DNA of 59,492 nucleotides from an uncultured Bacilli bacterium (GTDB lineage: Bacteria; Bacillota_I; Bacilli_A; RF39; UBA660): assembly GCA_944363605.1 (NCBI GenBank), contig CALVUM010000003.1:1-59492 (forward strand), in the 5' to 3' direction. Below, one piece after another: positions 39,567-49,289 of the stretch. The translations under genes were made by a program, and so were the position numbers. Each line of letters starts with the position of its first letter. The first letter of the stretch is position 1. The notes beneath the pieces were generated by a model. That model saw only the letters and a list, made by a program, of their open reading frames with translations. It had not been told where the DNA came from and searched no databases.

Positions 39567-41522
39567 ATGAATATGAGTAAAAGAAAAAAAGTGTATTTTA
39601 TTTTGGGATTATTAGGAGTAATAAGTTTAATAGGAATAAGCTATGCGTTATGGACAGTTACATTAAGTCAACAAAGTGAAAATAAAATTGCCACGAGTTG
39701 TCTAAATATTGAAATTTTAAAAGAAAGTGAAGAAATTGTTTTAGAAAATGCTTTTCCTATAACAGATGAAGAAGGAATGAAAACAACACCTTATACATTT
39801 ACGATAAAAAATACCTGTGATACATTCATTGATTATGAAGTGTCTTTGGCAATGTCAAATGCAACGACTTTAAATAGTAAGTATGTAGCAGTTGTTCTAG
39901 ATTATAATGAAATCAAAGCATTAGATACCTATGAAAGTACAACTATCGATGGATATAAAGAAGGAAGAATACTTCAAAAAGGAAGTTTATCTGGGGGAGA
40001 TGAAGTAACCTATAATTTAAGACTATGGCTAGACGAAGATATAACAACAAATGATCCTGTATTTAATACAAAATTTCAAGGAAAAATCCACATAACAGCA
40101 ACAATCGGAAGTTATAGTCCAGTAGAACAAGGATTTACAAAATTAGCCGATGCCATATTAGTAAATGAATATCAAAGTACCGATGTGGAAAGTGCAAAAG
40201 CAAGAATACAAAGTAAACAAGTTCCAGATTTTAGTAAAACAGCTCCGATCACGATATGGAATGAAATTCATAGTGAAAATTTAACTACAAAAACGTTAAC
40301 AACAGCTAGTGAAACTTTATTAGAAAGCGAAGAAGCAACCAAAGAAGTAGTATACCCAATGTTATTTAAAAATTATACTTTTGATACAGAAACGGGTATG
40401 TATGGTTTAACTGATGGAATAGTTGTAGATCCTACTGAAATAAATGATTATGATACAACAGATTATTATGTATGTGGAACTGATATTACTAGAAATGCAA
40501 ATAAAGAAATCATTTTGACTAATACTTCCTCTTGTTCAACAATGTATACAATAAAATCCGTAGTGAATAAAAAGGAAGGAACAACGACATTGAATGGAAT
40601 AGAAACACCATTAACAATACATAGTCTATCAGTCTATCCATATACTCAAATAGAAAGAGAAAGTGATAAATCCGATAAAGGATTATATGTCATGACAGAT
40701 GATTATGGGGAAAGCTATTATTTTCGAGGAAATGTAAAAAATAACTATGTATATTTTGCTGATGTTTATTGGAGAATCATTAGAATCAATGGCGATGGAA
40801 GTATAAGAATTCTATATGCTGGTCGTACAAAAGATGCAACAAATGATGAATTAAGTATAGGAAAATCCGCATTTAATCTTGAAAAATCAAGCCCAGCATA
40901 TGTCGGATATATGTATGGAAATATAATTAATGATAGTTATGAACAAAACATGTCAAATGAAGTAGATAGTACAATTAAAACAATAGTAGATGCATGGTAT
41001 GAAGAAAATATAGTATCCAGAGGATTGAGTGAATATATAGCCGATCCAGGATTTTGTAATGATCGTGAACTACTAATTGGAACAGGAATAGATTCAAGTG
41101 CTTTTAGTCAATTTAAAGGATATGAAAGATTATCAAATTTTACTCCTAGTTTGCAATGTCAAAATATAACTAGAGATTTATTTACCACAAGTACATCAAA
41201 TACTGGAAATAAAGCATTGAGATTTCCAATAGGGTTAATAACAAATGATGAATTAATAATAGCAGGTTTAAAAATTACTACTTTAAATCACTTAAATTAT
41301 TTATATAGCGGAACTAATTATTGGACAATGACTCCAAATAGCTATGATGTCAGTATTGGTTCAGCAGGTGTTAGAAGAGTGTATAGCGATGGTGGAATAT
41401 ATAATGGAGCAGTTAATTCACCATTAAATAATGTACGGCCAGTTATCAACTTAAAGCCAAATGTAGAAATTTCTGACGGCATCGGAACAGCAGAAAACCC
41501 ATTTATGATAAAAACAGTATAA
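39567..41522 (+). CDS. large secreted or membrane-anchored protein of unknown function
   Basis: 651 aa; basic N-terminus plus hydrophobic segment (KRKKVYFILGLLGVISLIGISYALW); Thr/Asn-rich extracellular body; C-terminal YWTMTP...VRPVINLK...GTAENPF motif; divergent from the XRE gene. Confidence 0.4.
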   Translation: MNMSKRKKVYFILGLLGVISLIGISYALWTVTLSQQSENKIATSCLNIEILKESEEIVLENAFPITDEEGMKTTPYTFTIKNTCDTFIDYEVSLAMSNATTLNSKYVAVVLDYNEIKALDTYESTTIDGYKEGRILQKGSLSGGDEVTYNLRLWLDEDITTNDPVFNTKFQGKIHITATIGSYSPVEQGFTKLADAILVNEYQSTDVESAKARIQSKQVPDFSKTAPITIWNEIHSENLTTKTLTTASETLLESEEATKEVVYPMLFKNYTFDTETGMYGLTDGIVVDPTEINDYDTTDYYVCGTDITRNANKEIILTNTSSCSTMYTIKSVVNKKEGTTTLNGIETPLTIHSLSVYPYTQIERESDKSDKGLYVMTDDYGESYYFRGNVKNNYVYFADVYWRIIRINGDGSIRILYAGRTKDATNDELSIGKSAFNLEKSSPAYVGYMYGNIINDSYEQNMSNEVDSTIKTIVDAWYEENIVSRGLSEYIADPGFCNDRELLIGTGIDSSAFSQFKGYERLSNFTPSLQCQNITRDLFTTSTSNTGNKALRFPIGLITNDELIIAGLKITTLNHLNYLYSGTNYWTMTPNSYDVSIGSAGVRRVYSDGGIYNGAVNSPLNNVRPVINLKPNVEISDGIGTAENPFMIKTV

Positions 41523-41555
41523 CAAATAAGAATAAATGAAATTTTTAAAGACATG

Positions 41556-41587
41556 AGTACTAATGCAAAAATATTAGTACTTTTTTT
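41556..41587. terminator. bidirectional rho-independent terminator
   Basis: 9-bp stem AGTACTAAT/ATTAGTACT followed by a T-run; lies between convergent genes 39567-41522 (+) and the PBP gene (-). Confidence 0.75.
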
Positions 41588-41600
41588 GCAATAAAATTTA

Positions 41601-43547
41601 TTATTCTTCATCTTTATTGACTGCATTAGAAAGCACATCAGTACCTTTAACATAATATAAAACTGTACTATTTGTGCCTTCTAAATCTTCTTTTCCAGTT
41701 ATCCCATTTCGAATTAATCCAATAACATTTTGCGGTTTTTCATACCAAATTGTCTCATGTCCTTCTAAATAAGCTTCCATAGTATCTAACCAAATATTCT
41801 TAGAATAATAGCTAGCAGTACTATCAATTTCTGTCGCATCATCATGCCCAATCCAAACCATCATTAAAAGTTCAGGATTATAACCAGCTACCCAAGAATC
41901 AGTATTTGTAGTTCCAGTTTTTAAAGCGTATTTGCGACTCATCTTCGCGGCCAAAGATAAAGCAGTAGGGGTTGTGTAATCCGTATAAGCAGAATTTGTA
42001 GTGCTTGTTAACATTTCATTTAAAATATAAACGCTATTACTATTTAAAACATAATTTTGTTTATCCTTATGTTGATATAGTACATTTCCATTTAAATCTT
42101 CCACTCGTTCAATGAAATAAAGTTCTTTTTGATTCCCACCATTGGCAAGCGTTGTATATCCAGTCGCAAAATCCATCATATTAAGTTCACTTGTTCCAAG
42201 CGCCAAAGAAGGATTTCCAGCCATATCTTCTTTAATACCTGCCAAATGAGCTGTATCTACCAAAACATCTGTACCTAAAAACAAGTGTGTTTTTACAGCA
42301 TAAACATTATCAGAAAAAGCAATAGCCGCGGCCATTGTGATATCTTCATTCGCATAGATATCATTATAATTGTTTGGTGAATAACTTTGATCATTGGAAA
42401 AATAAAACGTCGTCTTTTCACTTTTAAAAGTCGAAGAAGAAACTAATCCATTTTCTAAAGCAGCATAATATAAAAACGGTTTCATTGTACTTCCAACTTG
42501 TCGTTTACTTTGAGTTGCTCTATTATACTGACTTTTCGCATAATTAAGTCCCCCAGTTAAAGCTAAAACGCCACCTGTTTCTGGATTAATCATTACACTA
42601 GCAACTTGTAAATCATCTTGATTACCCATATATTTTAAAATATTTTCTTCCATCTTCGTTTGAGCATCCATATCAAAAGTAGTATAAATCTTTAACCCAC
42701 CTGAATCAATTAAAGAAGTAGGAATCGTTTTAATATTTGCAAGTTCTTCTAAAACGGCATCTTGATAATAAAGAATCGTTTGTGAATTATTCTGAGTTCT
42801 TTTTCCATAAATAGGAATCTCTTCTTGAAAAAGATTATTATATTCTTCTTCAGTAATATATCCATTATTAACCATTGTTAAAGCAACCGTCCAAGCTCGA
42901 TTAATACATGCTTCATAATCACTGACCGGATTATAAATACTCGGCCCTTTAGGAATACCAGCTAACATAAGAGCTTCCTCAAGAGTCAAATCTTTACTAC
43001 TTTTATTAAAATAATAACGACTTGCGTCCTCTATCCCATAATTTCCTTCTCCGTAATTAATCGTATTTAAATATCCTTCTAAAATTTCATCCTTACTATA
43101 ATGCACTTCCAGTTCCACAGTCAAAAAAGCTTCTTCAATTTTTCTAGCCCAAGTTTGATCAAAAGTTAAAAACATATTCTTAATATATTGTTGACTAATT
43201 GTTGAAGCTCCAATTCTCGTATTATTCTTAATATTGGATAATAAAGCTTTTCCAATTCGTAAAAAATCAAAACCATGATGCGTATAAAAATTTTTATCTT
43301 CCACACTAATGACGGCATTAATTAAATTAGGAGAAATATCCTCTAAACTAATCCAGTCATTGGACCCACTTCCTTGATAAATTAAATTACTTTCATAATC
43401 ATATATAAAAACTTTTCCCATATTTTTAAGTTCAAGTTTAGGAGAAAAGAAAGCATAAGCATAAATCCCCGTCAAACAAATAAGTCCACTTATTAGAAAA
43501 AATACAAATAATTTACATAAAAATTTCATTTTTTTCATGAAAAACAC
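41601..43547 (-). CDS. class A penicillin-binding protein (glycosyltransferase plus transpeptidase)
   Basis: 648 aa; GT51 motifs EDKNFYTHHGFD and GASTISQQ; transpeptidase STMKPF, SDN, KTGTT. Confidence 0.92.
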   Translation of the reverse strand: MFFMKKMKFLCKLFVFFLISGLICLTGIYAYAFFSPKLELKNMGKVFIYDYESNLIYQGSGSNDWISLEDISPNLINAVISVEDKNFYTHHGFDFLRIGKALLSNIKNNTRIGASTISQQYIKNMFLTFDQTWARKIEEAFLTVELEVHYSKDEILEGYLNTINYGEGNYGIEDASRYYFNKSSKDLTLEEALMLAGIPKGPSIYNPVSDYEACINRAWTVALTMVNNGYITEEEYNNLFQEEIPIYGKRTQNNSQTILYYQDAVLEELANIKTIPTSLIDSGGLKIYTTFDMDAQTKMEENILKYMGNQDDLQVASVMINPETGGVLALTGGLNYAKSQYNRATQSKRQVGSTMKPFLYYAALENGLVSSSTFKSEKTTFYFSNDQSYSPNNYNDIYANEDITMAAAIAFSDNVYAVKTHLFLGTDVLVDTAHLAGIKEDMAGNPSLALGTSELNMMDFATGYTTLANGGNQKELYFIERVEDLNGNVLYQHKDKQNYVLNSNSVYILNEMLTSTTNSAYTDYTTPTALSLAAKMSRKYALKTGTTNTDSWVAGYNPELLMMVWIGHDDATEIDSTASYYSKNIWLDTMEAYLEGHETIWYEKPQNVIGLIRNGITGKEDLEGTNSTVLYYVKGTDVLSNAVNKDEE

Positions 43548-43732
43548 CTAAATGTATTATGAAACAAAAAGAAAAAAATATAAGCCAAATTTTTTTTAAA
43601 ATAAAAAGTCTCTTAAAATAATGAAAAAAGTTTTCAAAATAACAAAAAAATTCTCATATAACAGATGTTAAAAATAATTCTTTTTTTTCTTTTCTTTCCA
43701 TGTTATAATGAAGCGGTTAAGTGAGGTGACTC

Positions 43733-44092
43733 ATGAAATATCGATTAAATATTTCCCTAAAAAATGGAAAAAAAGAAGTAATTAGAGAAGTAAATATCCC
43801 AGGAACAATGGAAAATGATATTTTATCTTTTCAAATAAAGGATATGAACCATACCTTAGATTTTAATACGAAAACATTCTTAAGAGAAAATGATGACTAT
43901 GCCTTTTTATTAGATATTGAAAATCAAAAAAGTCAAATTCTTTTAAAAAAAGAACAATATACCTTGCAAGTTTTAGTAGAGTATGCTAATCTATTGACGA
44001 ATAAAAATGAGATTCAATTATCCTATTTTATTGAAACAGAAGACCATGAAAATGTTTTAACAATAGAATTAGGGGAAGGAAGAGAAAAGTGA
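43733..44092 (+). CDS. DUF1934 (YwiB-like) beta-barrel protein
   Basis: 119 aa, overlapping the argS start; this family typically precedes argS in Firmicutes. Confidence 0.55.
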   Translation: MKYRLNISLKNGKKEVIREVNIPGTMENDILSFQIKDMNHTLDFNTKTFLRENDDYAFLLDIENQKSQILLKKEQYTLQVLVEYANLLTNKNEIQLSYFIETEDHENVLTIELGEGREK

Positions 44093-45786
44093 TAATAGAA
44101 TATATAGAAGAAAAACTGCAAAAAGTTCTAGATAGTTTAGACTTTGACATTAAAGCTAAAGTTGTTGTTTCTAACCGAAGAGAACTATGTGATTATCAAT
44201 TTGATGGCTGTTTTGCATACGCTAAAACCCTTCATAAAGCTCCTTTTGAAATTAGTGAAGAAATTGTTCATAAATATCAAGAACTTTATCCTAATGATGA
44301 AGATTTTTCTCAAGTGGCATCGGCAAAACCAGGATTCATTAATTTCACTCTAAGTAACACATTTATAAACCGCTATTTAGAAGAAATGAATTCAAAAGAA
44401 AAATTCAATATCAAAATGCCAGCAAAAAAGAAAATCATAATTGATTATGGCGGACCTAATATAGCTAAACCACTTCACGTCGGGCATTTAAGAAGCGCTA
44501 TTGTCGGGGAATCAATAAAAAGAATTTTAAAGTATTTTGGGCATAAAGTAATTGGCGATGTCCACTTAGGTGATTATGGCCTCCAAATAGGTCAGGTTAT
44601 ATATGGTTTACAACAAGCAAATATTCCAATTGAAAAAATCACAATTGAAATATTAGAAGATATTTACCCAAAAATGAGTGCCTTATGTAAAGAAGAGGAA
44701 CAAGTAAAAGAAAAATGTGCTGAAATTACCAAAAATCTTCAAGATGGCAATGAAGAATACCAAAAATATTTTCAAAAAATTCGTGAAATTTCTGGTCAAG
44801 ATATTTTAAAAATTTACGATTATCTAGATGTTCATTTTGATCTATGGTACGGAGAATCTGATGCGTATCCTTATATAGATAAAGTAACTGAAGAATTAAA
44901 GAAAAAAAATTTATTAATGACAAGTAATGGAGCTAAGATTATTGATGTAGCAAAAAAAGAAGATGAATTAGAAATTCCACCAATGATTTACCAAAAAAGT
45001 AATGGAGCTTACCTTTATGGAACCACTGATTTAGGAACTATTTATGAAAGAATTGAAGATTTCAATCCAGATAATATCATCTACATAACAGATATGCGTC
45101 AAAGTCTTCACTTTAAACAATTATTTCGAGTATGTGAAAAACTCGGGTTTACCCAAAAAATAACCTTTGAACATTTGGGATTCGGAACCGTAAATGGTTC
45201 TGATGGCAAACCTTTTAAAACAAGAGCAGGAAGCGTCCCAAAATTAGATTCATTATTTAAAGAAACAAAAAACGTTTTCTTAAATTCCAATTCGAAAAAT
45301 CAAGATATGAGTGAAGAAGATTTAGATATTCTAGTAAATGCGATCATTAAATTTGCGGATTTACAAAATAATCGTGAAAAAGACTACATTTTTGATTTAA
45401 ACAAATTTTCTGAAGTGGTTGGTAAAACAGGTCCCTATATTCTTTATACCTATTTACGAATCGAAAGTATTTTAGAAAAAGAAACAGCAAACATAAAACT
45501 TGATCAAAAAGAAATATTTAATAAAGAAGATCGAAATTTAAGAATAAAGTTATTAGATTTGGAAAATACTTTAAAGTATAGCTATAGCACAAGATTACCA
45601 TCAATACTTGCCAATTACTTATATGAATTATGCGTGAATATGAACGCTTTTTATGAAAAGAATCATATAAATAATCTAGAAGACCAAAAAAAGAAAGAAA
45701 GTTGGTTATTCGTGCTTAATTTAGGAAATAAAGTTATTAAAGAAATGTTGACTTTATTAAGTATTAAAATACCTAAAAAAATGTAA
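44089..45786 (+). CDS. argS: arginine--tRNA ligase
   Basis: 565 aa; GPNIAKPLHVGHLR (HIGH-type motif), class I core, C-terminal anticodon-binding domain ending ..PKKM. Confidence 0.93.
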   Translation: MIIEYIEEKLQKVLDSLDFDIKAKVVVSNRRELCDYQFDGCFAYAKTLHKAPFEISEEIVHKYQELYPNDEDFSQVASAKPGFINFTLSNTFINRYLEEMNSKEKFNIKMPAKKKIIIDYGGPNIAKPLHVGHLRSAIVGESIKRILKYFGHKVIGDVHLGDYGLQIGQVIYGLQQANIPIEKITIEILEDIYPKMSALCKEEEQVKEKCAEITKNLQDGNEEYQKYFQKIREISGQDILKIYDYLDVHFDLWYGESDAYPYIDKVTEELKKKNLLMTSNGAKIIDVAKKEDELEIPPMIYQKSNGAYLYGTTDLGTIYERIEDFNPDNIIYITDMRQSLHFKQLFRVCEKLGFTQKITFEHLGFGTVNGSDGKPFKTRAGSVPKLDSLFKETKNVFLNSNSKNQDMSEEDLDILVNAIIKFADLQNNREKDYIFDLNKFSEVVGKTGPYILYTYLRIESILEKETANIKLDQKEIFNKEDRNLRIKLLDLENTLKYSYSTRLPSILANYLYELCVNMNAFYEKNHINNLEDQKKKESWLFVLNLGNKVIKEMLTLLSIKIPKKM

Positions 45787-45798
45787 GGAGAGAGAAAA

Positions 45799-46221
45799 AT
45801 GAAATTAAAAGATATACCAAAAGAAGAATTAGAATTAATGGGATACGATGATATCGCGTATATTATCTTAGAAGAATCTAAAAAGAAAATGAAAATTACG
45901 GATTTATTTCAAAAAATTTGTGATGCTTTAGGCTTATCAGAACAAGAATATGAAGCCCATATCGCAGACTTTTTTGAAATTTTAACTACAGACAAAAAAT
46001 TTGTAATGTTAGAAGATGGATACTGGGATCTTCGTACTCGTCATAGTGAAAAACTTGTTATCGAAGAAGATGATGAAGAATACGAAGAAGTAATCGAAGA
46101 AGAACCTGTAATAGAGGAAGAAGAAAACGATACATTCTACGATGAAGATAGTGATGATGACACAACCGACGATGATTTAAAAGATCTAGTAATTATTGAT
46201 GATGACGAAGAAAATTTATAG
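45799..46221 (+). CDS. rpoE: DNA-directed RNA polymerase delta subunit
   Basis: 140 aa; HARE-HTH N-domain (MGYDDIAYIILEE...F..L..D.RF....G.WDLR) and poly-acidic C-terminal tail. Confidence 0.85.
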   Translation: MKLKDIPKEELELMGYDDIAYIILEESKKKMKITDLFQKICDALGLSEQEYEAHIADFFEILTTDKKFVMLEDGYWDLRTRHSEKLVIEEDDEEYEEVIEEEPVIEEEENDTFYDEDSDDDTTDDDLKDLVIIDDDEENL

Positions 46222-46260
46222 CTTCCTTTCTATATTTAAATAAAAAATCAATGAAAGGAA

Positions 46261-47322
46261 ATGAATATGAAAGAAAAATTAGAAAGTATCAAAAAAAGAT
46301 ATGAAGAAATAACAGCTCTTTTAATGGATCCAGAAATTATGAATGATTTTAACAAAATTAAATCCTTATCAAAAGAACAAAGTGATTTAAAAGAAATTGT
46401 GGATAAATATGAAGAGTATGAAATAGCTGAGAAACATTTAAAAGAAGCCAAAGAAGTAGTAAATGATCCAGAATTAAGAGAAATGGCTGAATTAGAAATT
46501 GCGGAAAACACAGAAAAGTTAGAAAAAATAAATCACGAACTAGAGATTTTATTAATCCCTAAAGACAAAAATGATGGCAAAAATATTATCATGGAAATTC
46601 GAGGTGCTGCTGGTGGTGATGAAGCAAATATTTTTGCTGGGGATTTACTAAGAATGTATACTTATTATGCCGAAAAACAAGGGTGGAAGCTCGAAATTGA
46701 CCACCAAATAGAAGGAACATCAGGAGGATTTTCTCAAGTAGAGTGTACAATAAAAGGTGAAAATGTTTACAGTAAATTAAAATATGAAAGTGGCGCCCAC
46801 CGCGTTCAAAGAGTTCCAGTTACCGAAACACAGGGAAGAGTACATACCTCAACCGCGACAGTTTTAGTCATGCCAGAAGTAGAGGATGTAGATATCGATA
46901 TCAAAGAAAGTGATTTAAAAATTGATGTTTATCATTCAAGTGGTGCTGGTGGACAATCTGTAAATACAGCAAATTCTGCCGTTCGAATTACCCATTTACC
47001 TACAAATACGGTTGTAACTTGTCAAAATGAACGAAGCCAATTAAAAAATAAAGATAAAGCTATGAAACTTCTAAAAATAAAATTATACGATCAAATGCAA
47101 ATGGCTAAAGAACAAGAAGTAGGAAGTACGAGAAAAAGCAAAATTGGTACAGGCGACCGATCAGAAAAAATAAGAACCTACAATTATCCTCAAAATCGTG
47201 TAACAGATCATCGAATTAATTTCTCAATTATGAGTTTAGATCGTGTGATGGATGGCGATTTAGAACCAATTATTGATGCATTAATTACTGAAGACTTAAA
47301 AAGAAAATTAGCAGGCGAATAA
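46261..47322 (+). CDS. prfA: peptide chain release factor 1
   Basis: 353 aa; PVT tripeptide (PVTETQGR) and GGQ motif (SGAGGQSVN). Confidence 0.96.
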   Translation: MNMKEKLESIKKRYEEITALLMDPEIMNDFNKIKSLSKEQSDLKEIVDKYEEYEIAEKHLKEAKEVVNDPELREMAELEIAENTEKLEKINHELEILLIPKDKNDGKNIIMEIRGAAGGDEANIFAGDLLRMYTYYAEKQGWKLEIDHQIEGTSGGFSQVECTIKGENVYSKLKYESGAHRVQRVPVTETQGRVHTSTATVLVMPEVEDVDIDIKESDLKIDVYHSSGAGGQSVNTANSAVRITHLPTNTVVTCQNERSQLKNKDKAMKLLKIKLYDQMQMAKEQEVGSTRKSKIGTGDRSEKIRTYNYPQNRVTDHRINFSIMSLDRVMDGDLEPIIDALITEDLKRKLAGE

Positions 47323-47368
47323 CCTGCGTTTTATCATTTAATTAAAATATAGAAAGAATATATCAATT

Positions 47369-48097
47369 ATGAAACCAGATTTTATTACAGAAATTGATTG
47401 GCAAATTTTAAAAGCAAAATATCCAAATAATTTAGAAGAAGTTATCAACAAATTAAATCAGCATTATCCTGTTCAATATTTAATTGGGGATGTAGAATTT
47501 TTAAATACCAAAATACTCGTTGATGAGCGTGTTTTAATTCCACGCTTTGAAACAGAATACCTAGTTGATATTCTTATCAAAAAAATTCAAAATTCTTCTC
47601 TTAAAAATCCCAAAATAGTAGATTTAGGAACCGGAAGTGGTTGCATCGCCATCGCTTTAAAAAAGAATCTGAATTGTTCAGTAACTGGGGTAGATATTTC
47701 TGAATCAGCAATTGAGTTAGCTAAGTTAAACGCAGAGAAGAATCACGTCGAAATTAATTTTAAAATAAACGATATGTTAAAAGAAAATTATGAAGGATAT
47801 GATGTAATCGTTAGTAACCCGCCATATGTGAAAGAAAGAGAAGAAGTAGGAGCAGAAACAAAATTTGAACCTCAAAATGCCTTATTTGCCAAAAATGATG
47901 GGCTATTCTTTTATGAAGAAATCTTAAAAAAAGTGAGTGAACTATCGATAAAACCAAAAATCGTTGCTTTTGAAATAGGAATGACTCAAAAAGAAGACAT
48001 AATTTCTCTTGCTTCCAAATACATTCCATCCGCGAAAATTACAGCTAAAAAAGATTTAACAAACCGAGATCGTTATATATTTATAGAATTTGAATAA
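47369..48097 (+). CDS. prmC: release factor glutamine methyltransferase PrmC/HemK
   Basis: 242 aa; DLGTGSGCIA SAM motif, NPPY catalytic motif; follows prfA. Confidence 0.9.
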   Translation: MKPDFITEIDWQILKAKYPNNLEEVINKLNQHYPVQYLIGDVEFLNTKILVDERVLIPRFETEYLVDILIKKIQNSSLKNPKIVDLGTGSGCIAIALKKNLNCSVTGVDISESAIELAKLNAEKNHVEINFKINDMLKENYEGYDVIVSNPPYVKEREEVGAETKFEPQNALFAKNDGLFFYEEILKKVSELSIKPKIVAFEIGMTQKEDIISLASKYIPSAKITAKKDLTNRDRYIFIEFE

Positions 48098-48136
48098 AAA
48101 AGAAAAAACTTTCCCATAAATAAAATAGGTGAAAAA

Positions 48137-48643
48137 ATGAAAAAAATAATTCCTATTTTATTTGTCTTTTTCTTAGTATATGGTTATGCCAATAAAGAAG
48201 AAATATTAATACCTTCAGATGCGATCCGTTTCCGGGTAATTGCCAATAGTGATGACAAGCTCGATCAAGAACTAAAAATGGAAGTTAAACAAGCAATTGA
48301 AGAAGAAGTAAATAAATTAATGGTTGATGCAAAAAATAGTGAAGAAGCAAAACTTTTAATTGAAAATAATTTAGAAAAAATTGAACAAATAGTAAATCAG
48401 TACACGAAAGACAATAACGTTTCTTTTGGAATTAACTATTTTCCAGAGAAAGAATATCATGGAGTAACATATCCAAGTGGTAATTATGAATCTTTAGTTA
48501 TAACTTTAGGAAATGGAATTGGCAGTAACTGGTGGTGTGTGATGTTCCCGCCATTATGTTTATTAGAAGCTAAAAATGAAAATACAGAAGAAATAAACTA
48601 TAAATTATATGTTCAAGAAATAATTGAGAAATATACCTCATAA
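48137..48643 (+). CDS. spoIIR: stage II sporulation protein R
   Basis: 168 aa; signal peptide, IRFRVIANSD motif, NWWCVMFPPLC motif. Confidence 0.88.
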   Translation: MKKIIPILFVFFLVYGYANKEEILIPSDAIRFRVIANSDDKLDQELKMEVKQAIEEEVNKLMVDAKNSEEAKLLIENNLEKIEQIVNQYTKDNNVSFGINYFPEKEYHGVTYPSGNYESLVITLGNGIGSNWWCVMFPPLCLLEAKNENTEEINYKLYVQEIIEKYTS

Positions 48644-48654
48644 AAAGAAGCCTT

Positions 48655-48682
48655 TCCCCATAAAATGTAATGGGGATTTTTT
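48655..48682 (+). terminator. hairpin plus T-run after spoIIR
   Basis: TCCCCAT/ATGGGGA stem and six Ts ending at the ATG of the next gene; the GGGGA arm doubles as that gene's RBS. Confidence 0.6.
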
Positions 48683-49222
48683 ATGAAAGAAATACTAAAT
48701 ATATTACTTATTGGAGTCGCCTTGAGTATGGATACATTTTCTCTTTCTCTAGGTGTTGGAACCTATAAACTTACTAAAAGAAAATGCTTTCAACTTGCAT
48801 TTTTAGTTGGAATCATGCATTTTATCATGCCCTTATTAGGCAATATCTTAGGGGATAAAATCATGCATTTTTTTGAATTAAATAGCAATTTATTTTTAGG
48901 ATGTATCCTGTTGTTCATTGCTATTAATTTGCTTATTGACATGTTAAAAAAAGAAGAAGATACCACAATTGATTTATCCTTTATAGGCATGTTTCTATTT
49001 GCTTTTGGAGTTTCAATAGATGCATTTTCTACAGGACTAGCTTTAACAGCGATTACTCAAAATAAAATATTAGCTATGTTAATCTTTTCTTTAACAAGTT
49101 TTACATTTACTTGGGTAGGATTAAATATTGGTAATTTTGTCTCTAGTAAATTAGGAAATAAAGCGACCATATTAGGTTTTCTTCTTTTAGTAGTTTTAGG
49201 AATCTTTCATATATGTAAATAA
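48683..49222 (+). CDS. mntP: MntP/YtaF-family (DUF204) manganese efflux-type membrane protein
   Basis: 179 aa; two repeats with ALSMDTFS and GVSIDAFS motifs; about six TM segments; same neighbourhood as ywlD in B. subtilis. Confidence 0.7.
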   Translation: MKEILNILLIGVALSMDTFSLSLGVGTYKLTKRKCFQLAFLVGIMHFIMPLLGNILGDKIMHFFELNSNLFLGCILLFIAINLLIDMLKKEEDTTIDLSFIGMFLFAFGVSIDAFSTGLALTAITQNKILAMLIFSLTSFTFTWVGLNIGNFVSSKLGNKATILGFLLLVVLGIFHICK

Positions 49223-49289
49223 AAGGAAAAAAACTTTAAAAATAAAAGAAATTTTGATATAGTAGTAAAGAAAAAAAGGACGGGATATC

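Noticed and set aside
43548-43732. T-box leader upstream of the DUF1934-argS operon
   Set aside because: No GGTGGTACC-type T-box sequence or stem I AG-bay motif was seen on either strand. Only a plausible -10 element (TATAAT-like) and A/T-rich sequence are present.
48644-48682. yybP-ykoY manganese riboswitch upstream of the mntP-like gene
   Set aside because: The gap is only 39 nt and is fully explained by a simple terminator hairpin, which is too short for that riboswitch.
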